A DNA stretch of 64,000 bases, taken from contig MU004197.1 of assembly GCA_010093605.1 (NCBI GenBank), forward strand, positions 1,240,001-1,304,000, written 5' to 3'. The notes below the pieces were generated by a model. The model was not told the origin of the DNA. It saw nothing but the letters and a program-made list of their open reading frames with translations, and ran no database searches. This document shows positions 37,087-47,155 of this stretch, piece by piece. Made by a program: the position numbers and the translations under genes. Source of the stretch: Lophium mytilinum. Taxonomy: Eukaryota. Position 1 is the stretch's first letter; the number at the start of each line of letters is the position of its first letter.

Positions 37087-38887
37087 CGGATTGGGAGGGT
37101 GTGAGGTCGGGATAGAGCAGGGTACGTAAAATAGGGAGGTTTAGGAGGGACAGGGGTCGTCGCTTGACGATCTAAGATTGGAGATGCCGAGGGAGATCGC
37201 GGCTGGGGTGCGTGTTGGGGTGTAGAATTCGAGAATTGGCAGGGTTGGCGTGGAGGATGGAGGAGGGATTGGGGATGGATGTTGGTGTTGGCTGTTACTT
37301 TGATTATGGAATCGTTAGGTTCGGGATAAGATTTAGTAGTATGGGTTGGAGATTATCCAGGCGATTTGGAGCTGAGCGCGGGATGGAATGATGAGGTGAT
37401 GTCTTCTGCTCGTACATGCGGAAGGTTCGGGCTTGCAAGGTATACTCCTGTGCGGTCTCGGTGCTCCTAGTGCAGGTTTCCTCCATGGCTTTTGAGTGGT
37501 TGGATCGCTTAGCACGTGTGTGTCTTGAATGGTCTCGGGCGGCGAGGTTCTGTGGAGCCCAGGATTTGGGATTTGTTTCGGATTGTGCGTCGGTCCGCTG
37601 TTTGAGGTGGAGGGATTATGGAATCGTAATTTGGGGAGTGGGGAGGTGATCTTTTGTGGGCATCCTCCGCCGTTGTGGGATTTGCGTACAGTTCTCTAAT
37701 AGGTGTTTCTTACTCGTAGTTTGAAATGCTTACTGGATTACGAGGGCCATAAGAAGACCAAAGCATATCTCGGCATGCATCTTTGATTCTCTGTAAAATA
37801 TCACGGTGGTAACAATGGACGTCTCCGAGGCGTAACGTCAAGGAATTACCACTTGTTTTTGACATGCCAGTAAAACTCTTCAAGAGCCCCCAGGCATGGA
37901 GCAACACTTGCCCGAAAGACATGCCAGTGACCTACGAACAGAAGAGCTGTAAAGACCTCCTCAATTACTAATTTTCTCTCCGCCTCGTCAAGAAAAGGTC
38001 CCCATATCTTCCTGTTCAGCGCTTATGTCTTCCTGTTCCAAATCTCTGAAAAACGCAACGCCCATCTTCACACCTAACCTCACCCCTCCTATCCTCCGCC
38101 CGCTCTCTTCAGCCATCTGCTCAAAGCCCTCCATCAAGAAATACACATGAGGTCATTGATGCTTGTGCGTATTGATAATGGCTTTGTAATGTGTTGAAGG
38201 CTGAGCGGATAAAATTCCCACAATCCCAGAAAGCTCGAGGAGACAATGTGAAGATACACCCGAAAACAGCAACGAGTTGATACGAAAACCCCAATGCTAG
38301 AGTTCTGCAGTCTCGGCAGCAACCCGAATTTGAACGGACTGTCTCTAAGTATCGGGAGATTGCATTCAGAGCTTGAAGATATGTAAGGGAAAGAGAGTGA
38401 GGTTATCAGGGACACATTAGATCGCGTCGCGGCAAAGGATGGAGCATATAGAATAGTAGCTGCGATTTTGAGCACAGGGAAGAGTAGACCATGGCATTGC
38501 TTGGGAGAACGAACTTCTCAGACGCAGGAGGTCTTGCACAGCGATGGGTTGATCTTGGCTCGCCGTTTCCTTGTTACTCTAAGAGTCCGGTCAAGAGTTG
38601 TCGCGGCTTCTAGGAGACGTCGATGGCTGAACTAGAAAGATGTTGCCGGAATTGAGAACAAAAAAGAACAAAAAATAAGCAACGGTTGGCTACAGAAGTA
38701 TAGAGGAAACTGCACTAAGCATAAGAGTAAAAGATGACAGCGAACCTCCAGTCTCTACAATCCAGCATGGTTGCTAGCTTTATGGAAACTGAGTTAGAAA
38801 ATCCGGAGAACCCACCCGAAAGCGAGTTTTTGGGCATTAATCATTTGTTAGCGTCTGTCCTGTATGGTATCTCAATTAAGTTTGGCT

Positions 38888-38953
38888 ATAAGACCTTGAG
38901 ATGCAATGAATAAGATCTTGAGATGCAACAAATAAGACCTTGAGATGCAATGA
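38888..38953. repeat. 22-bp tandem repeat x3 upstream of CBF5
   Basis: ataagaccttgagatgcaatga / ataagatcttgagatgcaacaa / ataagaccttgagatgcaatga. Confidence 0.9.
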
Positions 38954-39125
38954 GACGGTGAATGGAACAGGAGCTTTGAGATTGAGGTCCGAGCTCCCAG
39001 CGCTCGGACCACCACAAAAAGTCTTGGCTCAGAAAACTTCAATTTTTGAAGCTCGCTGGTCAAGCTTCCCGCACGTCGAACCACCCATCCCTCAATCGTC
39101 GCGCAACTTCTTTGAGACAGCAAAA

Positions 39126-40794
39126 ATGGCACTTCAGAAGGTTGCCGCCGATGCCGACTATACAGTCAAGCCTGAGGCTTCGACTCCCGCAATTGACAGC
39201 AGCGACGCCCCTCTCCTCTTGAAGAACTGGTCCGACCGTACGTGGAGAAGTCTCTCTATACACAAGTTGTGCAGAAGCTGACAGGCTATTCAGTGCTTGT
39301 TAGAACTGCCCACTACACTCCCATTCCTATGGGATGTGCACCACACAAACGCGACTTAAAGTCCTACATTAGCTCTGGAGTTATCAACCTCGACAAGCCC
39401 TCGAACCCGTCCAGTCACGAAGTCGTCGCCTGGGTCAAGCGGATGCTCAGGTATAACTCAAGGCAGCCTAACATCTAGAATTCAAGCTAAATATCTTAAT
39501 AGAGTCGAGAAGACTGGCCATAGTGGAACCCTCGATCCCAAAGTCACCGGATGTCTCATCGTCTGCATCGATCGCGCCACGCGTCTCGTCAAGTCTCAAC
39601 AGGGTGCTGGAAAGGAATACGTTTGCGTCATTCGTCTCCATGACACGATACCCGGCGGACAGGCGCAGTTTGCGCGAGCTCTGGAGACCCTCACTGGAGC
39701 TCTCTTCCAGCGACCACCTCTCATCTCGGCCGTGAAACGACAGCTGCGAATCCGAACCATCCACGAGAGCAAGCTCCATGAGTTTGACAACGAGAGGCAT
39801 CTCGCTGTCTTCTGGGTCAGCTGCGAAGCCGGTACCTACATTCGAACACTTTGCGTTCATCTCGGCCTGCTCCTTGGAGTGGGTGCACATATGCAGGAGC
39901 TGAGGCGAGTGCGCAGTGGAGCTATGGATGAAGAGAAGGGTCTGGTCACGCTGCATGATGTTCTGGATGCACAGTACTGCTACGACAACAACCGCGACGA
40001 GTCCTACCTTCGACGGGTCATTTCACCATTGGAATCCCTTCTTACTACCTACAAGCGTATCATGGTCAAGGACAGCTCCGTCAACGCTATCTGCTACGGT
40101 GCCAAGCTCATGATTCCTGGACTTCTCCGATTCGGTACGTTTCATTGCTGTGCTAAAGCTGCAACATACTAATGCACATTAACAGAGGCCGGTATCGATG
40201 CCCACGAAGAGGTTGTTCTCATGACTACCAAGGGCGAGGCTATTGCCTTGGGTATTGCACAGATGTCTACCGTAGAGATGTCATCCTGCGACCATGGCGT
40301 TGTCGCCAAAGTCAAGAGATGCATCATGGAGCGCGATCTATACCCGAAGCGATGGGGCATGGGCCCAGTTGCATTGGAAAAGAAGAAGATGAAGGCTGAT
40401 GGCACTCTTGACGTGAGTTTGGCAGCTTCAGTCGCAGGATAACCACTAACTTTTACAGAAATATGGACGAGCAAATGAAGCCACCCCTGCCAAGTGGAAC
40501 AAGGAATACAAGGACTTTGGCGCCCCTGCTCCCCCAGCAGCATCAGCGCCGTTGGCCGAGACCACTGACAAGATGGATGTCTTGTCCGCTCCTCCAGTCG
40601 AGCCCACCGGCGAGATTGAGACTTCTGCCGGTGCCGAGGACGGCGAAAAGAAGAAGCGGAAGCGCAAGGAGGAAGATGAGGACGAGGAGTCGAAAGCCGA
40701 GCGGAAACGCAAGAAGAAGGAAAAGAAGGAGAAGAAAGTGAAGAAGGAGAAAAAGGTCAAAAAGGAGAAGGTCGAGGACTCTGACAGTGACTGA
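39126..40794 (+). CDS. CBF5: H/ACA snoRNP pseudouridine synthase (dyskerin), 5 exons
   Basis: [47 protein letters not shown] region [12 protein letters not shown], and KKE-rich tail. Confidence 0.97.
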
Positions 40795-41221
40795 AGTTGA
40801 CGGGTACTGCTGTGAGAGAGATGGCTTGTGAAAAGCTCGGTTTCATGTCGAGTGTCAGTTCTTCAGGTGATTCTCAGCTGAGGGATGACGGGCGGATGCA
40901 TGTCTGGATAGGCTTCCTGTGGGATGAGCTCTGTCATTGTACCATATCAGTACAGGCATGAGCCTGGCGTTTGCGGACAGCAAGGAGTCCGGCGTGTGCT
41001 TATGGGTTTCAAACGGAGAAAAGCGTGGACCACTTGGATGTACGACAGGCGAGAACAATGGCAAGTTCGCAAGCCTTTGAAATAGTCCAAAAAAATACGA
41101 ATCCAACACAAACATTTCTTGATCAAATCACCTTGCTGTGCTGTGCCTCTCTTTGACCACCGACGACGCATGAATACTCTAGAATACCTGTTTGTTACTG
41201 TTGAACAGTTTTACAGCGAAT

Positions 41222-41241
41222 AGAAGCTTCTCGAAGCTTCG
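41222..41241. promoter_or_regulatory. Perfect four-unit heat shock element
   Basis: aGAAgcTTCtcGAAgcTTCg, about 210 bp upstream of the Hsp40 start codon. Confidence 0.85.
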
Positions 41242-41450
41242 ACCAGTGACGTCTGCCGCCGGGATTGCTGCCAAGAACGTGGAGAGACTCGATTTACGGT
41301 TGACCTGAAAGTCCCGCAGCCCGACCGCCAACTCTCACTCTCACACTTCCACACCGCCCGCGAGTAATACTACAGACGCCTCTCTGCTTTACATAACGCT
41401 ATTCTCGTACTCTGCAGCTCGTCTAGCAATTGTGCACACCATCACACATC

Positions 41451-42824
41451 ATGGTCAAAGAGACCAAGCTCTACGATCAGCTAGGTAAGGCTACCCCTCC
41501 ACCCCTCATGCCACCATTTATCTTCACGATTTTGAAGTTTGCAATGCTGATGTTTTCACTTAGGAATATCCTCGTCGGCTGGACAGGATGAAATCAAGAA
41601 GGCGTACCGCAAAGCGGCGCTGAAATGGCATCCGGACAAGAACAAGGACAATCCGGCCGCGTCCGAGAAGTTCAAAGGCAAGTACTATCACCAAACGTAT
41701 ATAACTACATACTAGAGTTTGGTTTTGGCCAATCAAACAACTCTTCTCGTATAACTGCTAACCTGATCTGTGTACTATAGAAGTCTCCCAAGCATACGAA
41801 ATCCTCTCCGACCCCGAAAAGAGAAAGACATACGATCAATTCGGCCTCGAATTTCTCCTTCGCGGCGGTAACGTGCCGCCTGAGCCCTCTTCCGGCGGCT
41901 CCGGAGGCTTCGATGGATCAGGCTTCTCAGGCTTCCCGGGTGCAGGAGGCATGCCGGGTGGCGGCGGTGGTGGAACGCGGACTTTCCACTTTTCGACCGG
42001 TGGCGGCGGTGGCGGACCCGGCGGCTTTCACTTCTCGAATCCAGAAAGCATATTCTCGGAGTTCCTACGTGGAGGCGGGGCTGGCATGCATGAGGAGGAT
42101 GACTTTGGTGGGTTCGGTGGTGGTTTTGGAAGCATGCCTGGAGTACCGCCCATGAGCGGTTCCGCGAGGGCGGCGAGAGGAACTAAGGGCTCGAGGTTCG
42201 ACGGTGGCAGACGGGCGCCGACACCTGAGGTGACGGTGGTAGAGAAGCCGCTGCCAGTGAGCCTGGAGGAACTGTTCAGCGGTACGACGAAGAAGATGAA
42301 AATCAAGCGCAAAACATATGATCAGGCGACTGGAAAGCAGAGCACACAGGATCGGATCCTGGAGGTTCCAATCAAGAAGGGCTTGAAGGCTGGCAGCAAG
42401 ATCAAGTTTTCAGACGTTGGAGATCAGGTAGAGGGTGGAACGCAAGATCTGCACTTCATTGTCCAAGAGGTACGTACTACGACTCTTCATCCTACATACC
42501 CTCTAAGGACAGCACTAACGTTGGAAATAGAAAGCACATCCTCTCTTCACTCGCGAAGGCGACGACATCAAGAACATCGTCGATATTGATCTGAAGGAAG
42601 CCTTGACCGGCTGGAAACGCACTGTCCAGACAATCGACGGAAAGCAACTCAGCGTCAGCAGCGCGGGCCCTACACCCCCTACATATGAAGACCGCTTCCC
42701 CAATCTCGGCATGCCAAAGAGCAAGAAACCAACCGAGCGCGGCGACTTTGTCATTGGAGTACGAATCAAGTTCCCAACCTCACTCACACAGCAGCAAAAA
42801 GAGGCTTTGAAGGGCATACTATAA
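41451..42824 (+). CDS. SIS1: Type II Hsp40/DnaJ co-chaperone, 4 exons
   Basis: MVKETKLYD start, [18 protein letters not shown]-domain, G/F-rich linker, [10 protein letters not shown]-terminal domain, no zinc finger. Confidence 0.93.
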
Positions 42825-43870
42825 GGGATGATTTGCTCGCCCAAGCTGTGCTGGGAATACCTGTACTCCGCTCTGGACTATCCACTTTCCTCTTCTTTCT
42901 TTGTCTTCTTAAGTTTAGCGGGAGCGGTGCGAAGGCGTTTCGCACGGAAGGATGGGCGTTCAAATTTGCATTGCATGGGAGGATGCCTCTTCAATTGGTT
43001 TTTTGAGACGGCAGGCACGAAGTCATGTGTAGATGGCTCGATGATGGTTATGTCGAATAAATCAAAATGATAGTCTGCCTAGATGACAACCTGACTTTGT
43101 ACCCTGCATCCTACGTTGAGAATCGAATTTTCGGCTATGTCGAGCTACTTGTCATCTACCGCATTGCTAATGAATTAAACAGCAGAAACATCCGAATTTG
43201 ATATCAAACGATCTCCCTCTAAAGATACAACTATTTTAAGGTAAGTTAGAGGCGCCATGATCAGTCACCAAACTTAACTAGGCTCAATTTTCCTCCTGAC
43301 TCGAATCTTCTAGAGAATAGACACAAGATTCATGTCTTGTGAACTGCGTAGCTCGTCTTCCTTTGTCTCGACCTCATTCTATTAAGAAGTAACACCAAAC
43401 TCCCTTTGTCCTATTGTTCGCCACCCGCAAGTCCACAAGAAGAACACTCTCAAAGCACACAAGTCTCATCTGCTTTGTTGGCTGCTCAGGCTCAAGTCTT
43501 TGAATACTCTTGTTCTATTGTTACAAAGGCCAACAATAGCCACTCCCGACAATTTTCGCTGTCACGGCTACGAATTTTTGTATAGTCCACACACCCGAAC
43601 ATTCGCGAACCTAAGACGTTGGAGAAACGCAACAACTAACAAATACACGCAAATCTACGGCTAGCTTTCTAAATCTTCACCCTCCACCTTGACGCATACT
43701 CACAGCGCATAAACCACGTATCGGGCATCACACGTGCTTCGATCCCCTATCGGTTCTCGCGGTGCGGTACAACGCATATCCCATGCTCTATCCCCACTAC
43801 ACCATTTTCAACTATTAGCCATACTGTCATACTGTCATAGCACCACACTGTCACACCATCGTTGCCCATC

Positions 43871-46513
43871 ATGGTCTACATCCGCGACATGATCGCCAAA
43901 TACGTCCTCGACGAAACCATCTCCGGCAAACCCGAACGCCGCGCCGTCCTTGCCGCCGAAGCCGCCGCCGCGCAGCAGAAGGAAGATGACATGGTCAGGC
44001 AGCGCGGTATGATCGGCGACATCACCATCGTGGGACCGAAAAGCATAGATCTCACGGCCATATTCCAGGAAATCGGCGCGGTGCCTGCGGACGTCGAGGA
44101 GCGAGCTAAACGGGCGAGAGAGCGTGAAGAAGGAGAGATTGAGGAGCGAGAAGCGGAAGGGGAGGAGTATGATCCGCTCCGCCCGCAGCTTTCGAAAGCG
44201 GCGGCGAGGGGGAGAGCGAAAACGCCGCCGTGGCGCGAGAGGAGGGAGGTGTTTGTTGAGGACCCGGCGTTGCAGGCGAAGGTGTTTGGGTACACGGATC
44301 CGACAAAGGCGTGTCGGGAGTGTCTGCTAAGGCCTGTGGATCAGAGGGGGAGATTTGATCGGAGGGGCAGATGCGAGCGGCACTGTAGTCGGAAGTGGGA
44401 GAAGACGAGTATCTCGCTTTGCGATCATAAGTGGCTGGAGCTTTATTGGGAGCTTGAGGATCCGGCGAATCTCCAGGGCGGGTGGCAGCTTGTCGCGGTG
44501 GGCGAACGAGGTTCAAGAGTTGATGTGGAGAAGAGGTGTGAGACTTGTGAGGTCGAGAAGGCTCCCAACGACAGGTGTGAGGAGCTGGCGAAAAGGGTGG
44601 TTGCTCACGCAGAGACTAAGCTGGGGTTGGAAAAGAAAGAATTTGAGAGGATCGAGCAGAGGTCTGGGCAATTGGCGAAGCGGGAGGTGAGAAGGCTTGA
44701 GGGATTCAGAAGGGATGCGGAGAACAAGATGGGGCCATGGAGGGGAAATGTCAAGGTCGAGGTGCCGAATAAGCCCTTCGCGGAGAGGGAGATTAGGGTG
44801 CTATTACTCGCGCTGAAAGAACAGGAGAGCAAGGAACGGGAGAGACAAAAGAGGAAGAAGCAGAGAGAAGTGGAGCAGATGCTGAAGAACTTCGAGGCAT
44901 TGCGCCCAGAAAACTTACTCCATCAGTCTACTGAGATGCAAGAGTTGGTGGCCTCGGTGGAAGACCAGGTTGTCGAGTCTGTTGAAGTGTCCCTAGAGGA
45001 ATCGGTGCAGACGACTGACACCGAAGGACAGGCGCATTATTTCCCTCCGCCACCGCCTCGGAACACTGAAGACGTACCTGCTATCATACCGCCGCCAGAA
45101 ACGGAAGAGACAATCTTGGAATATCAGAACGCGATACAGTCAGGAGATCCTCCCGCTACCACAGATAGCATGGTCGCCAATCGGGGCTCACCAGTGCCGA
45201 CTCTGGAGCCAGAAGTGACAGATATATCCATCTCGGTCCCTACTCCAGAGGCAGTGAGCGCAATTCTTTCTTCCCTGACTTCCACCGCTCTGGAGAAAGA
45301 GGCCAAGGAGGAGCATCTAGATGCTGAGCTTGCAACCGGGATTCCCGCTACAGAGCAACCTGGCGCCGTTCTGACCACAGCATCGCTAGAAGCTCTACAG
45401 AGCGAGATCGAGCTCGAGAAATTGGTTGCTGAACCCACTCCCGAAGATAATGTGACGCTGCCAGCCCCCGAAGAAATCTCCACGATCCCATCCACGCCAG
45501 AGTCCGCAACTCTAGAGCTCGAAGCCGAAGACGAGAAAGTAGATGCTGTAATAACTCCCATTTCTGACTCGAGCGAAGCAAGCTCTAAGGACACTTCGCT
45601 ACCCTTGTCATCCGTGGAATCTCTGGAAGTCGATATCGAAATCAATGCCAACGAAGTAGTAGCCACCTCGATCGAGCAGGCCATTGAGACCGTTACATCA
45701 GTATCACCATCTCTCCCTACTCCCCTTTCTTCTCCGCTTGCCAACCCCGAATCTGCCGCAACCAGCTCAACAGACCAACCCATCGAAGCCGCTCCATCCC
45801 CATCTCTCCCTCCCCTCCTCTCTCCATTCCTTGCCAACCTCCACCCTCCCAGACAAACCCATCCTCCACGCTCACGCTCCCCATCCCCATCGCCATCTCT
45901 TTCCCCCCCTCTCCCACCCCCCCGCAAAGGCTCCCGCACCGCCTCCCTCCCCCTCGCCTCCCTCGCCCTCATAAAACGCCCTCGCCTCTCCTCCCTACCT
46001 AACATCCTCGACCCTACTAACTCTCTGCTCCTCTCACCCCCCACCGCTCCAAAAGCCCGCCGGGACTCGCTGGCCCTCTACACCGCCCGGAAGCGCTCCG
46101 CGACGCGGAGGCGTAGCTCTGCCTCCGCCTCCTCTTCCACTCGCCGCAAACGCTCTCGCACGGCTTCAGTCGCCGAAACAACCCTCTCAGCGATCGCGGT
46201 GGTGAAGCGGGCGCGGGTGGGAAGTCAATCGTCGTCGGGTAGCACCGCGCGCTCTAATGGAAGCGGGAGCGAGAGCGGGAGCTCGAGCTTGAGCGAAGGT
46301 AGCGCCGATTCTATCACGGAAGCTACCAGCGGCAGTGTTGATAACGGAGAGGATAGTAGTGATGCGAGCGAGGCAACCCCTTCTCAGACATCGTCTTTGA
46401 GGGCGAGGAAAGCGGTGCAGTTCCGGAAGCGGAAGTCGTATATCGAGGACGAGACTGATTTCAGCGATGGGGAGCTTGAGGCGGTGCCGAGGAAGAGGGT
46501 GAGGAGTTTGTGA
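43871..46513 (+). CDS. Hypothetical ~880-aa protein (Cys cluster, coiled coil, acidic and Ser/Pro/Arg low-complexity tail)
   Basis: Uninterrupted 2.6-kb ORF; no family recognised. Confidence 0.75.
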   Translation: MVYIRDMIAKYVLDETISGKPERRAVLAAEAAAAQQKEDDMVRQRGMIGDITIVGPKSIDLTAIFQEIGAVPADVEERAKRAREREEGEIEEREAEGEEYDPLRPQLSKAAARGRAKTPPWRERREVFVEDPALQAKVFGYTDPTKACRECLLRPVDQRGRFDRRGRCERHCSRKWEKTSISLCDHKWLELYWELEDPANLQGGWQLVAVGERGSRVDVEKRCETCEVEKAPNDRCEELAKRVVAHAETKLGLEKKEFERIEQRSGQLAKREVRRLEGFRRDAENKMGPWRGNVKVEVPNKPFAEREIRVLLLALKEQESKERERQKRKKQREVEQMLKNFEALRPENLLHQSTEMQELVASVEDQVVESVEVSLEESVQTTDTEGQAHYFPPPPPRNTEDVPAIIPPPETEETILEYQNAIQSGDPPATTDSMVANRGSPVPTLEPEVTDISISVPTPEAVSAILSSLTSTALEKEAKEEHLDAELATGIPATEQPGAVLTTASLEALQSEIELEKLVAEPTPEDNVTLPAPEEISTIPSTPESATLELEAEDEKVDAVITPISDSSEASSKDTSLPLSSVESLEVDIEINANEVVATSIEQAIETVTSVSPSLPTPLSSPLANPESAATSSTDQPIEAAPSPSLPPLLSPFLANLHPPRQTHPPRSRSPSPSPSLSPPLPPPRKGSRTASLPLASLALIKRPRLSSLPNILDPTNSLLLSPPTAPKARRDSLALYTARKRSATRRRSSASASSSTRRKRSRTASVAETTLSAIAVVKRARVGSQSSSGSTARSNGSGSESGSSSLSEGSADSITEATSGSVDNGEDSSDASEATPSQTSSLRARKAVQFRKRKSYIEDETDFSDGELEAVPRKRVRSL

Positions 46514-47155
46514 GATGGTGGGTCGTAGAAGCTGGGGGGTTTTCGTTTTTGTGGTGGTAATTAGTATTCTAGGCGGTATGCATATCTTTTTTTTGGGACT
46601 ATTGATCCGTGGTAGCCGTGAGACCTCTCTGATGTGTTGTGAACAGCGGAAGTTTTGGAGAAATAAACGTAGTCGTTGAATATACCTAGTGTGTCTCATC
46701 TCGAGAGAATGAAGGCGAGACTACGATGGCAGAAGTAGGACTGGAAGTTCCAAAACAGTACTAGGTCATAAGTATGCGGACACATCTCTCACTAGTTTGG
46801 CTTTCCGTGGAATTAGATATATCGCAACTCGCGCATTTCAAATTATAGCCCTACGATCCTACTTTTTGCCTTAACATGGGGTGCGGGCGGGTGACACCTA
46901 TCTCCGATAGCTCAGAAGCCTGTATAACGGGAAAAATTCAAGAGAAAAGAAAAAATTCTACTGGTACAGAAATTTGGTGCCCGTTCCGTTTCCGTCTTTC
47001 CCTTTCCCGTGTCCACCCGCAATGCAACCGACCGAACAAGCAAAGCAAGCAAGAAATAGCAGTTCCGCATACGCCATCCCTTCGCACGCTTATTTGTGTA
47101 AAGAGAGAGAGAGGATAGAAAAGGGAATATGATGGAAAAGAAGTAAGAGTTGGTG

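Noticed and set aside
36900..37090. TPP riboswitch, snRNA, SRP or RNase P/MRP identity for the structured element
   Set aside because: ctgaga is present but the rest of the TPP core is not, and I found no signature motifs of the other RNAs.
45124..46044. 306-aa minus-strand ORF
   Set aside because: Antisense shadow of the Ser/Pro/Glu-rich orphan gene.
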